Virus record (IMG/VR): IMGVR_UViG_3300049172_000015
Coordinates: 1 to 56,968 of that record
DNA from: a virus
Taxonomy: Duplodnaviria > Caudoviricetes
DNA length: 56,968 bases
Direction: 5' to 3' (one strand)
The position numbers and the translations under genes are program-made. A model generated the notes under the pieces. It saw nothing but the letters and a program-made list of their open reading frames with translations. It did no database searches and was not told the DNA's origin. Below, piece after piece: positions 46,190 to 55,153 of the stretch. The stretch's first letter is position 1; each line of letters starts with the position of its first letter.

Positions 46190-46659
46190 GAGTTTGATGA
46201 TGCCTCCAGGTATTCAGCCGCACGCCTAAGAAGCGACGGATCGTCATTCATCTTTCCGATGCTCGTGTTGCAGTTGAAACAGAGGAGACCCCGGACTCTG
46301 CCAGTCTGATGACAGTGGTCAACTGCGAACTTCCCCCAAGAACTCTCTGGCGCCTTGCATATAGCGCAGGCTCCTTTTTGAGACTGCATCAGAGAGTTGT
46401 AGTCCTCTGTGGTGATCCCGTACTTCCACTTGAGGTAGGCATTGCGCTGAGAAGCCCTGGTCTGCTCTCGGTTCGTCTTCCGATACTGCCGACTCTTCTC
46501 GTTACACCTAGCTCGGTATTCGGGGTCTGACTGACGCTTCTCCTTGGCTCTCTTGCTCTGACACTCCTTGCAGTGACCGTGCCTTCCGTCCTTCTTGCTT
46601 CGGTCAACAGAGAAAGCCGTCTCGTCTTTCAGCACCCCGCACTTCGTGCAGGGCTTCAT
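46186..46659 (-). CDS. Endonuclease VII-family HNH nuclease (probably a mobile homing endonuclease)
   Basis: CTKC..CKEC, KYGIT, CAIC, VDHCHQTGRVRGLLCFNCN. Confidence 0.9.
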   Translation of the reverse strand: MKPCTKCGVLKDETAFSVDRSKKDGRHGHCKECQSKRAKEKRQSDPEYRARCNEKSRQYRKTNREQTRASQRNAYLKWKYGITTEDYNSLMQSQKGACAICKAPESSWGKFAVDHCHQTGRVRGLLCFNCNTSIGKMNDDPSLLRRAAEYLEASSNS

Positions 46660-47333
46660 GAACCACTCTCCTTCAGGTGGGCCAGGAAGGCTTCACCAAC
46701 GTATTTCGTGTAGACGGGCGGGATGCATTCCCGAATCCCTTCGCGCGTCATCCACGGAACTCCCATGTCCTCGCGGATGTACTCGGTACCAGAGAAGTGG
46801 CCAACGGCGTGATACCAGTCACCAGGCTTCAGCCGGCGCCCCATCTTCACTGTCCTGTGCAGGTGTTCGGGCTCTTCTGGCTGCTCAAGAACAAAGCCGT
46901 TGCCTGTCTCAAAGAGCCGATGCCGATAGGTGTGGAGACCAGGGAACATCGCCCCGCAGAGAGTTACCGGATCCTTCATAGCCCAGCGGGCTTCCTCAAC
47001 GTTCTCGATGACGTAAGCAACGCCGATCTCTTCGAGGATCTCCCGGAGAGGCTCAATGAGAAGCGGGTGGTCGTTGCCTTGGATCTGCTGGGTTATGGAG
47101 TAGCCTTGACAGGGAGGTGAGCCGTGGATTAGCTTGACGTGCTTCCTGATCCAGACCTTGTTAGCCCGAAGCCACTCAAGGGCGTCCTGCTGAATGAACA
47201 GCCATCCCTGATCCGCATACCGCGGCTGAGGCATGCGGTCCACTCCCGCAAGGACTTTCAGGCCCGCGTCCTCGTAGCCCTTGGTTGCAGCTCCCTGGCA
47301 GCAGAACAGGTCTACAAAGGTGGCCTTATCCAA
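46656..47333 (-). CDS. DNA (cytosine-5) methyltransferase (short form)
   Basis: DLFCCQG motif I variant, GSPPCQGYS, IENV, RHRLFE. Confidence 0.88.
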   Translation of the reverse strand: MDKATFVDLFCCQGAATKGYEDAGLKVLAGVDRMPQPRYADQGWLFIQQDALEWLRANKVWIRKHVKLIHGSPPCQGYSITQQIQGNDHPLLIEPLREILEEIGVAYVIENVEEARWAMKDPVTLCGAMFPGLHTYRHRLFETGNGFVLEQPEEPEHLHRTVKMGRRLKPGDWYHAVGHFSGTEYIREDMGVPWMTREGIRECIPPVYTKYVGEAFLAHLKESGS

Positions 47334-47793
47334 CGGTCCCCCCAAGACGACGAATCTCCCGCTCGATGTACCAACGGGCCTTCTGGAGATCCTGAATCGG
47401 GTCATCCGACTTCAGGTCGGCACGCCAGACGTACTTGGTGGCATTACCCAGGTTGAAGTTCATGTGCTCAGTGACCTGAATGCACTCGACGCCCGAGGGG
47501 TGCGAGGTGTAGTGGCTGGGATGATTCACCACATCTTCAGGTCTCGAATCAACTTTGACCTCAACAAAAGAGGCCTCGTCCAGAGGCTCAGCCGAGAGAG
47601 CGTCGTAGATGTGCTCGAACTCCAGCTCATCCGGCCGGAAACTCGCCTGAGCATCGTCTTCAAAGACGACTCTGACGGGCAGTGTCCTGCCGTCCTCCGG
47701 ATTCGCTACCTGGCCCTTCCGGAAGAGCCAGAAGCCCCCTCCGATTTCGTCACTGACGACCACCACACGATCACCAACGCTGAACTTGCTCAT
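47326..47793 (-). CDS. DUF3310 domain protein with N-terminal SH3-like domain
   Basis: VNHPSHY...ECI....FNLGNATKYVWRA..K...DLQKARWY. Confidence 0.88.
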   Translation of the reverse strand: MSKFSVGDRVVVVSDEIGGGFWLFRKGQVANPEDGRTLPVRVVFEDDAQASFRPDELEFEHIYDALSAEPLDEASFVEVKVDSRPEDVVNHPSHYTSHPSGVECIQVTEHMNFNLGNATKYVWRADLKSDDPIQDLQKARWYIEREIRRLGGTVG

Positions 47794-47981
47794 GCGTCCA
47801 CCTTCCGAAGCTCAGAGAAGAGGAACAGGGTTGGAAGTCCGTTTCCCTGATCCTCGTCCAGCAGAAGAATTGCGTAATCACCCTCATGTTCATCCCAGCC
47901 AACCCGCAGCACCTCCCCGAGGTGTCCGTTCAGTTCGTCATCTGTCTCGGAGATGACTCGGTCACCAACTTCGAACATCAC
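47790..47981 (-). CDS. Small SH3-like protein
   Basis: FEVGDRVI...FSELRKV. Confidence 0.65.
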   Translation of the reverse strand: MMFEVGDRVISETDDELNGHLGEVLRVGWDEHEGDYAILLLDEDQGNGLPTLFLFSELRKVDA

Positions 47982-48676
47982 GCCTCCAGACCAAGCAGTT
48001 GTCGAATGAATCCGTCACCGAACTGGCGACGTAGAGAGTCCGGGTCTTCCCCTTCAGGGAGTTCGATGGGGACTCCGTTGGGGAGTCGCTCAGCAAGCTT
48101 CTCCGTCATCTTCCTGCCGGCCTCGTCTCCGTCTCCGAGGATGAACACCCGCTCGTAGCCGGCGAAGGCCCTATCGAAGTGGTCCTTCCAGGCACTCACA
48201 CCCTGGAGAGCGACCGAGGGAATGCCGTCCAGGTCCACGGCCCAAGAGGAGAACTCCCCCTCGATGATGGCCACATGAGGACTGGACACGATCAGAGCCT
48301 CAGTGTTGTACAGCCGCGGGTGATCTCCGGGAAGGGACTGATACTTCCCGTGCCCCTGGTGCTGCTCCTTCTCTCCCTTGAGGAAGAAGTACTCACCGTC
48401 CGAGTCCCGTACGCACTCGTCCTGGATGCACCGGAACCTGACCGTGGCCACCTTGTGCGGTCCACCCGCCGGCCGAAGGTACGGAAGGACCAGGTGATCC
48501 CTGTATCGCTCATGACCCGTTCTGGCCGAACCGACGTATCCGGGGAGCCACCTGTCCGCGCCCTCGTCCAAACCGCGGGCGGTCAGGTACTCCTCTGCTG
48601 GGCTCCCCCTGTACTGGCTCTGATACAGCTTCGCTGCGTCCACCGAACCGGGCATCTGCCCATTCGAGCGCTTCAC
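47978..48676 (-). CDS. DNA primase, TOPRIM part
   Basis: YLTARG, LPYL, IIEGEF, GDGDEAG, EDPDS. Confidence 0.9.
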   Translation of the reverse strand: MKRSNGQMPGSVDAAKLYQSQYRGSPAEEYLTARGLDEGADRWLPGYVGSARTGHERYRDHLVLPYLRPAGGPHKVATVRFRCIQDECVRDSDGEYFFLKGEKEQHQGHGKYQSLPGDHPRLYNTEALIVSSPHVAIIEGEFSSWAVDLDGIPSVALQGVSAWKDHFDRAFAGYERVFILGDGDEAGRKMTEKLAERLPNGVPIELPEGEDPDSLRRQFGDGFIRQLLGLEA

Positions 48677-48935
48677 GGAAGCCGATCCCCTCCTCTCGCA
48701 TGATGACTGACCAGGAATCCTCGGAGATGTCGCATGCGTGACACTTCCAACGGTTGGCCTCGATATTCACTGAGGCACTGGGACGGTCCTCTGCGTGGAG
48801 AGGACAGAGAATCTTCTGCCAAGTTGAGTTACAACCAGGCCCGAAGGAGAGCCCTACTTCTGGATAGAACTCCTGGAAGACCTCAACAATGGAGGGCTTA
48901 GGCCGGGTCGACTCGGACCAGTTCCCGCGTGCCAT
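48510..48935 (-). CDS. DNA primase, CHC2 zinc-finger part (overlaps the TOPRIM ORF)
   Basis: CPLHAEDRPSASV....WKCHAC....EGIGFREAL. Confidence 0.85.
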   Translation of the reverse strand: MARGNWSESTRPKPSIVEVFQEFYPEVGLSFGPGCNSTWQKILCPLHAEDRPSASVNIEANRWKCHACDISEDSWSVIMREEGIGFREALEWADARFGGRSEAVSEPVQGEPSRGVPDRPRFGRGRGQVAPRIRRFGQNGS

Positions 48936-49038
48936 CCGTGTTCTCCCGGTAGACGTTGACGGGGAAGCTGTACTCACGGTCGAGCTGCTTCATGAACTCG
49001 TGATTGCCGATCCACTCACGGGAGTTAGAGACGTCCAT
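48898..49038 (-). CDS. 46-aa hypothetical protein
   Basis: Manual translation MDVSNSREWIGNHEF...; TGATG coupling. Confidence 0.55.
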   Translation of the reverse strand: MDVSNSREWIGNHEFMKQLDREYSFPVNVYRENTDGTRELVRVDPA

Positions 49039-49460
49039 CAGTCGATGTCCTTTCGGAAGTCCTTGTGAAGCCGCACTCCGAGGTGTTGAAGAGCGGGAGG
49101 GTTTTCGAGGTACGCCGCACCGCGGCGAAGGGTGTCGGGGTTGTCCCGAGCTGCTGTGAGAAGACGGCCGTTGCAGAGCCGACAGAGGAGGCCCCGGGCT
49201 CGTCCGGTCTTGTGACAGTGGTCAACGTTCAACCTGTACTTGCGGCCCTGGCCGCAGATGGCGCAGACACCGCCCTGAGCTGCGAACAGTTCCTCGTACT
49301 CACCGGCCTCCAGGCCGTAGACGTCCTGCACGCGGTTGGCATGGGATGCCTTGCTCCTGGACCGCTTCCGACAGTCGGCACAGATCCGGCCCCGCGGAGT
49401 GAAGAACCTGAGAGCCCGGTTCTTCGTGCACCTCGTGCACTTCCGAGTCCTAGCGGACAC
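49038..49460 (-). CDS. Endonuclease VII (Holliday junction resolvase)
   Basis: YGL, QGGVCAIC, VDHCHKTG..RGLLC..CN. Confidence 0.9.
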   Translation of the reverse strand: MSARTRKCTRCTKNRALRFFTPRGRICADCRKRSRSKASHANRVQDVYGLEAGEYEELFAAQGGVCAICGQGRKYRLNVDHCHKTGRARGLLCRLCNGRLLTAARDNPDTLRRGAAYLENPPALQHLGVRLHKDFRKDID

Positions 49461-49749
49461 TGGGGTCTCGAATCAACTTACGTTCCAAAAAAAGAAGCCG
49501 GCTCTCGTTGAACGCGGCTTGGAGCTGACCGAGGAACTCAAGGAGTCCCATCTTCTTCCGAGACGTCACCCCCTGGTCCAGAACCAGGGTCTTGTAGCCC
49601 CCCTGGAGGTACCGGAGGAGGACTTCCCCGAGGAGCTTGACGTTCAGCCGGCGAGGGCTCGTGATGCGGAGATAAATGACCGCTCCGTCCGCCGTGATGT
49701 CCCTCTGGAGACCGAATCCGTTGCTCTTGCTCTTCGCCTTCATGTTCAT
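49450..49749 (-). CDS. Hypothetical protein, probably a leaderless transcript
   Basis: ATG 6 nt after the -10 box CATACT (49756-49761). Confidence 0.6.
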   Translation of the reverse strand: MNMKAKSKSNGFGLQRDITADGAVIYLRITSPRRLNVKLLGEVLLRYLQGGYKTLVLDQGVTSRKKMGLLEFLGQLQAAFNESRLLFLERKLIRDPSVR

Positions 49750-49755
49750 AACTCC

Positions 49756-49785
49756 AGTATGGATGTTCGAAGGTCTCGAATCAAC
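49756..49785 (-). promoter_or_regulatory. Operator-embedded promoter
   Basis: TTGATT-N17-CATACT. Confidence 0.75.
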
Positions 49786-49816
49786 CTTGTGGGGAAGTTG
49801 TGAAGGGTGTTCTAGA

Positions 49817-50164
49817 TCACTCCACAACCGGAACCATGTGCGTCTCATACGCCATGTCATCTACGCCTCTGCCGTTCCTGACGACCCAGAAGACGTCCTT
49901 CTCGAAGTCCCAGAAGGGGCCGGCCATCACCTCGAAGGACTCCCCGGGATTGCTGTGTTGCATCCCCACACTCTGACCCACCGCGAACTTCGGAGCAGGC
50001 TCCAGGTCCACGGCCCACACGACGGACGAACGGTTCTCAGATGAGCCGCTGAGCCACTTCACCAGGTACGCATCCCGATCAGATACCGCAGTGACGGGAC
50101 CGAACTGCACCTCAGCCAGATCCCCACCGTGCGCAAAGACGGCCTTGTCCCCCTGCTTGAACAT
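49817..50164 (-). CDS. Hypothetical protein with an internal two-domain repeat
   Basis: FKQGD..EVQFGP / FAVGQ..EVMAGP. Confidence 0.7.
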   Translation of the reverse strand: MFKQGDKAVFAHGGDLAEVQFGPVTAVSDRDAYLVKWLSGSSENRSSVVWAVDLEPAPKFAVGQSVGMQHSNPGESFEVMAGPFWDFEKDVFWVVRNGRGVDDMAYETHMVPVVE

Positions 50165-50175
50165 GCCTGTTCCTC

Positions 50176-51006
50176 CTAGAAGTTGATGCCCATCATGCTC
50201 TCGTGGTCCTTCAAGCGGAGCGTCTGACTGTCCAGCTCCAGCTTGGCGAAGGTATTGCCCGAGGCGTCTGCAAAGCCCTCACGGTTCTTCACAGGCGAGA
50301 TGTTCAACACCCGGTTCATGTCCTGCTCATCCGGGTCCCGATGGATCGTCAGAATCAGAGACGGCACGCGGCCGATTTTGCCTTTGACTCCACTCAACGG
50401 AATCGGCTTCAGTCCATCCGAGTGTTCCCCCGTGACATGGTGGAGAGCCATCACATGTGACTCGGTCTCCCTCGCCATGTCGTTGAGGTACTCGCACATA
50501 CCCTCCAGCCCAAAAGTGAAGGACTCAGCGTCGGAGGCCCCTCCGGTGTCAACGTTGGTGATGTTGTCGACGACACAGAGGTGTGGGTAGCAGCCAAAAA
50601 CTTCGTAGTAGATCTCCAGATCGGCTTCCATGTCCTGAGGAGTGGGCATGGCCTCGTAGGACATGCGGATCCACCACTTGTCACCAAGGACTCGTTCGTA
50701 TTCCCCGAACTTGTCCTCCAGGAGCGCCTTCTTGACGTTCCGGACATCGTCCCCCGTGAGGATCGACGTAGCCCGACTAAGCTGTGTTGCAGCGTTCGAG
50801 TCCGCGGACCAGTACATAACCGGCATGGACCCGTGAAGGGCGAGGTTCAGCGCCAGGAGCGACTTGCCCGTACCCGGGCCGGCCGCAGCAAGGGACAGCT
50901 CACCGCGGCGGAACTCGACGTCTAGCTTTTGAAGTGCTTTGGACGGGTTGGGGATTGGCTCACCTGCTGAGCCCTTGATGCGCGCACTCTGGACGAGTGA
51001 GTACAT
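50176..51006 (-). CDS. DnaB/RecA-like helicase
   Basis: AGPGTGKS, YWSAD, VVDNI, LHH, VKNR. Confidence 0.9.
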   Translation of the reverse strand: MYSLVQSARIKGSAGEPIPNPSKALQKLDVEFRRGELSLAAAGPGTGKSLLALNLALHGSMPVMYWSADSNAATQLSRATSILTGDDVRNVKKALLEDKFGEYERVLGDKWWIRMSYEAMPTPQDMEADLEIYYEVFGCYPHLCVVDNITNVDTGGASDAESFTFGLEGMCEYLNDMARETESHVMALHHVTGEHSDGLKPIPLSGVKGKIGRVPSLILTIHRDPDEQDMNRVLNISPVKNREGFADASGNTFAKLELDSQTLRLKDHESMMGINF

Positions 51007-51086
51007 CAGCCTCCTTCCAACGAGAAGGGGCCCGGTATCTGCCGGGCGCAAGGTCTCGAATCAACTACGAGGTCAAAAAAGGAGGG

Positions 51087-51608
51087 TCAGTCGTGAGAGT
51101 AGTACTCCACCTCGATACCGTCCTTCCGGACGGTCACAAGAGCGTGGTCACCGAAGTTCTTCAGGAGGACATTGTCAAAGGCACCAGACTGAAGGGCAGA
51201 GTCAAGAGCCTGGCACCGGTTGTAGCGGTCCTCATCCGGACCCACGTAGCGCTCATTCACGTACTTCTGGGCCTCTGCGTCCCAGTCCTTCTTCACCGTG
51301 CCAAGGCTCGGGTGATAGTCCACGTTCAGGCTGTAGCCATCCTCGTACTCATCCCCGTACTCGTCAACAGCTCCCTCAGGCTCAGCAGTCGTCCGAACCC
51401 AAAGGTCGTGAACCGAGAACTCACACACGTCGCCATCAGCGAAGTAGGGCGTGTACTGGGACCAACCAAAGCGGGTGATGGTCGGGTCATCAACGAGAGC
51501 CTGGAACAGGGGAGCAAGCTCCTCAATAGGCTTCTGGTCAGTACGGGTTGATCCCTCGGTGATGTCACCAGACACGGGCATACCGAGGAAGTTGGTGTCA
51601 GTCGTCAT
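51087..51608 (-). CDS. Conserved acidic protein, partner of DUF6915
   Basis: WSQYTPYFADGDVCEF...FGDHALVTV..GIEVEYYSHD. Confidence 0.75.
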   Translation of the reverse strand: MTTDTNFLGMPVSGDITEGSTRTDQKPIEELAPLFQALVDDPTITRFGWSQYTPYFADGDVCEFSVHDLWVRTTAEPEGAVDEYGDEYEDGYSLNVDYHPSLGTVKKDWDAEAQKYVNERYVGPDEDRYNRCQALDSALQSGAFDNVLLKNFGDHALVTVRKDGIEVEYYSHD

Positions 51609-51991
51609 GCTGAAGCCTCCGTAGGCTGGTTGAGGAGAAGGGTGGAGAGAGGAACTTCCTTGCGCTGAGAACCGGACATCCACTTCTCAACAGGAGTGTT
51701 CTTGAGGTAGTCAGCCGGCGACGGCAACCACCCCAGGTCTTCGATGATGTGCCGTTCGGCCACGAGCCGAGTCGGGACCTGCACAGTCCGGTTGCCCTTG
51801 ACCACTTCGAGGACTGGACCGAACTTCTGCTGAACCAGCCACACACCAAGGGTGTGGTGGTAGATGGCCCGATGGCGGACATCCCCGATGATCTGCTTGG
51901 AGCTATCCAAGTACTCTTCGATGGGCAGGTAGTCCTCAGGCTCACCTCCCCACTTCCGTGCCGCAGACTGAGCATGGTTCCAGGAGTTCAC
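51605..51991 (-). CDS. DUF6915-like His-rich protein
   Basis: HAQSAARKWGG..EDY, DSSK, RHRAIYHH..G, AERHIIEDLG. Confidence 0.8.
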   Translation of the reverse strand: MNSWNHAQSAARKWGGEPEDYLPIEEYLDSSKQIIGDVRHRAIYHHTLGVWLVQQKFGPVLEVVKGNRTVQVPTRLVAERHIIEDLGWLPSPADYLKNTPVEKWMSGSQRKEVPLSTLLLNQPTEASA

Positions 51992-52212
51992 TTGGGCACC
52001 TCGTACGGGTCTATCTCGTCAGCAGCATCGTGCTTGCCCTCGTTCCAGGCATCCACGAACTCAGGACGGAGAACGAAGCCGTCAGGACAAGCCGGCTCCA
52101 GCATCCGGACCTTCCTTGCCATGGCCCAAGCGAAGTCATTGATCAGTTCTTCAGCCTCATCCTGAGGGATCCACTGCCGAAGCTCGTTGATTAGCTCATC
52201 CCGCTCCTTCAC
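51988..52212 (-). CDS. Hypothetical protein
   Basis: C-terminal AADEIDP motif shared with 52714-52956. Confidence 0.65.
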   Translation of the reverse strand: MKERDELINELRQWIPQDEAEELINDFAWAMARKVRMLEPACPDGFVLRPEFVDAWNEGKHDAADEIDPYEVPK

Positions 52213-52475
52213 TCGGACTCCTCCTTGAACCCACCGCGGGCAACAGCCCGACGAACAGCAGCGGCCTCGTGCTCCCAGTAGGACTGGGCATCCTCAGGCA
52301 GCTCAGACCAGGCACGGCCCCACAGGGGACTTTCGGTGGCATACCGATTGAACAGCCACTCAGGAAGTGTTTCCTGTTTAGGCATCAGAACTTCCCTTCA
52401 GAGGAGTCTCTTCCGGCTTTGAGATGAAGCCGAGGACGAAGCCAACAGCCAGAGTGACGACCACGATCAGACCAA

Positions 52476-52721
52476 TCAGCACTTCTGGGCCTCCGCCCTG
52501 ACGATGTCTCGGGCATCAAACATGCCGGCGAACCAGTCACTTCCCTCAGGAAGTGTCCCAATACCCTCGTAAATCTTGTCTGCGAGACCCTTGGTGTGCT
52601 CCTCCAGAGCCTCGTCAACCAGCCGCTCCGCTTCCTTGCGGATGTCGTCCAGCCGGCCAACTCGGGTCACAGCGAGGGAGTTATAGAGGGTTGAGACCAG
52701 AGCATCCTTGGAGCTAGCCAT
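52476..52721 (-). CDS. Hypothetical protein
   Basis: Coupled ORF. Confidence 0.65.
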   Translation of the reverse strand: MASSKDALVSTLYNSLAVTRVGRLDDIRKEAERLVDEALEEHTKGLADKIYEGIGTLPEGSDWFAGMFDARDIVRAEAQKC

Positions 52722-52956
52722 TCGGGACCTCCGGGTCGATGAAGTCCGCGGATGCGTTGCAGTCGCTCATGTGGTCGTCAGTGAAGTCCCTGAGTTCCTC
52801 AGAGTTGCGAATTCTCTCCGCAAGCTCGTGCGCATGCTCACCAAGCAGTTCCGTGGCTATTTCGTCCAACGTCACCGTGTCGTCCGGCCACATGTCATTG
52901 ATGACGAAGTCACTGGTGTTCTCCAAAATCCTCAACAGCTTTTCGTGGACGCTCAC
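52714..52956 (-). CDS. Hypothetical protein
   Basis: HAHELAERIR...ADFIDPEV. Confidence 0.7.
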   Translation of the reverse strand: MSVHEKLLRILENTSDFVINDMWPDDTVTLDEIATELLGEHAHELAERIRNSEELRDFTDDHMSDCNASADFIDPEVPNG

Positions 52957-52957
52957 G

Positions 52958-53188
52958 TCAACTCCTGGGCGTGTAGGGAGGATCGACCTTGGTGACCTGA
53001 GTCGTAGTCACGAACTGGAAGACCTCGTAGAGGTCTGGATTCTCCGAGCGCTCCCAGTAATCGAGATCGTTCCAGGCCTGTTGAGCCGAGTCCTTGAACC
53101 CTTGCTTTTCCCCGCGGCGCCGAGCTTCCTCGAAGCTGTCACCGGCCGCGTAGACCGTCTCCGTCTCGGAGTAGCTAACCTGCTTCAC
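52958..53188 (-). CDS. Hypothetical protein
   Basis: Coupled ORF. Confidence 0.65.
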   Translation of the reverse strand: MKQVSYSETETVYAAGDSFEEARRRGEKQGFKDSAQQAWNDLDYWERSENPDLYEVFQFVTTTQVTKVDPPYTPRS

Positions 53189-53442
53189 TTCTCCCCCAAG
53201 TGCTTGAAGTACTCGTTGATCAGAAGCTCTGCGACATCCATAGCCCGTTCACGTGGGACCTCGTGATGAATCGAGAGGTAGGAAACGATCAGAGCCAGCG
53301 CCAGGGACGGAATCTTGTCTGCATCCTCCTCAGACTCCTCAGACAGGCCCTCACCCATCCCCACCATGACCATTGCGCAGGCCATTCCGACCTCATCCAT
53401 GGCTTCTTCCGTGAGGACCTCACCCCGCTTGTTCCGGATCAC
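53185..53442 (-). CDS. Hypothetical protein
   Basis: AAGGAG RBS. Confidence 0.65.
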   Translation of the reverse strand: MIRNKRGEVLTEEAMDEVGMACAMVMVGMGEGLSEESEEDADKIPSLALALIVSYLSIHHEVPRERAMDVAELLINEYFKHLGEK

Positions 53443-53522
53443 TTCATCTCCTTGGGTCTCGAATCAACTTAATGGGTCAAGGGAAGGGGCCCCGACTGCG
53501 GGCCCCTTCTCCCTCTACTTCC

Positions 53523-53552
53523 AGTATGGCACAGGCTAGGTCTCGAATCAAC
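53523..53552 (-). promoter_or_regulatory. Operator-embedded promoter
   Basis: TTGATT-N17-CATACT. Confidence 0.75.
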
Positions 53553-53574
53553 TAACTAGACCGAGAGGCTTAAG

Positions 53575-53691
53575 TCACTCGTCATACGAGGGCTCAATCT
53601 CTCCGTCGTCACAGCAGATCGAAGTCTCATCCTCAACCTCTTCGCCGCATCCGTTGCACCACCAGTAGACCGGTTCCTTCTCTTCCGTCAT
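53575..53691 (-). CDS. 38-aa acidic Cys micro-protein, probably leaderless
   Basis: MTEEKEPVYWWCNGCGEEVEDETSICCDD...; ATG 6 nt after TAGGTT of the TTGATT-N17-TAGGTT promoter (53698-53726). Confidence 0.65.
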   Translation of the reverse strand: MTEEKEPVYWWCNGCGEEVEDETSICCDDGEIEPSYDE

Positions 53692-53727
53692 GCCCCCAAC
53701 CTACACGCCTTCAGGTCTCGAATCAAC

Positions 53728-54558
53728 CTAGCGGGAACGAGAAAATCTGCATGCGTGGCTCACGTCGCAGAAGTTGCAGTGGAAGCCCGTCTTGGCCTCA
53801 AAGCGGCCGGCCTTCACGCCCTGGTCCATCTCCACGTACCGAGCTGCAACCTGCTCCTCGGTCACCTCAGAGAGGTCGACAGGCTTCGAGAGGTTCCCGG
53901 TCTTACCCAGGTACCAGTCACCCCGGTTGACCGTCACACCGAACGTCTTCCTCACAGCAACGGCGTAGGTCTGCAACTGAAACTCGGACTTGGTCGACCC
54001 CGTCTTGAGGTCCCGAACCCTCACAGATCCGTCCTCCTCTGAGATGAGTTGGTCAATGTACCCGCGGACGGCTACACCTCCGAGATCCACCTTGAAGTAG
54101 AGCTCCAAGCCCTGTGTGGGGTTCGTGGGAGCGTCGGCAATGTCGTAGCCGTTCCACCCCTCACTGTCCAGCCAGATGGCCGGCTGATGCTCGTTGGACC
54201 ACTCCACGTATCGGGCTACCTGCTTCTGGCCCAGGGCGTAGCGCTCCTCGATGTCCTGGCCGGCTGGCTTCTTGCTGGCAGTGAGCCACCGGTTGAGGTC
54301 TGGCTCCTTGTCCAGAGCCTTGTTCACCAAAGCCGAGTACTGGTCAGAGAAGAGCTGGACCATGTCGTCCGAGGAGTACATCCCCATGCCCTTCTCGAAC
54401 TTCTCCGCGGCGGAGTGGAACGCCGTGCCCTGGAAGCTCCAGGCAGCCGGCCGTGGTACCACCCGCTCCACTCGCTGAAGGTAGAACTGCCATCCACACT
54501 TCTCGTACTGCTCCGTCTGGGAGACGCTCCTGGGTTGCGTCTCGATGTTGCTGCTCAT
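53728..54558 (-). CDS. Cas4/RecB-like PD-(D/E)xK exonuclease
   Basis: SVSQ..YEKC, GTAFH, RGYID, DLKTG, QLQTY, C.FCDV...C. Confidence 0.92.
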   Translation of the reverse strand: MSSNIETQPRSVSQTEQYEKCGWQFYLQRVERVVPRPAAWSFQGTAFHSAAEKFEKGMGMYSSDDMVQLFSDQYSALVNKALDKEPDLNRWLTASKKPAGQDIEERYALGQKQVARYVEWSNEHQPAIWLDSEGWNGYDIADAPTNPTQGLELYFKVDLGGVAVRGYIDQLISEEDGSVRVRDLKTGSTKSEFQLQTYAVAVRKTFGVTVNRGDWYLGKTGNLSKPVDLSEVTEEQVAARYVEMDQGVKAGRFEAKTGFHCNFCDVSHACRFSRSR

Positions 54559-54627
54559 CTGTCCTCCTGGTCTAGACACGAAAAAGGACCATGCCGCTTC
54601 CTGACATGGCCCTACCGCTTGGGATGC

Positions 54628-54960
54628 TCACCCTCCATAGACAGTCACCACATGGAAGGAGGTGCTCCCGGGGAACGCTGGGTGTGCCTTCTCGTACCAC
54701 TCTCGTTCAACAACACAGTCCGCCAGACTCTTCCCCAACTCCCCCTCCAATCTTCGGAGTTCGTCTACGTCTTCCTCGTCCATCATGTTGGTGATGACCA
54801 GCATGAAGTACTGCTGAAACGGTTCTCCCGTTACCTTCGTGACCAGGAGGGCTGAGGTCTCGACCCACGTCGTAGCGGCATCGATCCTGCCTTGGCTGAT
54901 CATCCCGAGTGCGTCTTGCGGTGACTTGCGAGCCTCAGCAGACGTGATCAAACGGAGCAC
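54628..54960 (-). CDS. Hypothetical protein
   Basis: GGGGAGG RBS. Confidence 0.6.
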   Translation of the reverse strand: MLRLITSAEARKSPQDALGMISQGRIDAATTWVETSALLVTKVTGEPFQQYFMLVITNMMDEEDVDELRRLEGELGKSLADCVVEREWYEKAHPAFPGSTSFHVVTVYGG

Positions 54961-55108
54961 ACACCCTCCCCCATGTCGAGAGCGAACTAGCAAGCGCGTT
55001 CACTCCTTGGCCAGAAACATACACACGCCCTTCACACTTCAACATCCCCGTGAACGTGACCGTCATCACCGGATCCTTTGCCTCCACTTAGGCAACCCTT
55101 TACAAAAC

Positions 55109-55138
55109 AAAAAGACCCCCTGGTCAACAGGGGGTCTT
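55109..55138 (-). terminator. Terminator after the repressor gene
   Basis: AAGACCCCCTG-TTGAC-CAGGGGGTCTT followed by TTTGTTTT on the minus strand. Confidence 0.85.
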
Positions 55139-55153
55139 CGCAGGTCAGAGGCC

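Noticed and set aside
46656-47333. Restriction-modification system
   Set aside because: Orphan methyltransferase; the adjacent nuclease is EndoVII/HNH type with no sign of being a cognate restriction enzyme.
1083-53727. CRISPR array from the recurring 14-mer plus a Cas4-like gene
   Set aside because: The repeats are dispersed, not regularly spaced; solo Cas4/RecB nucleases are ordinary phage recombination genes.
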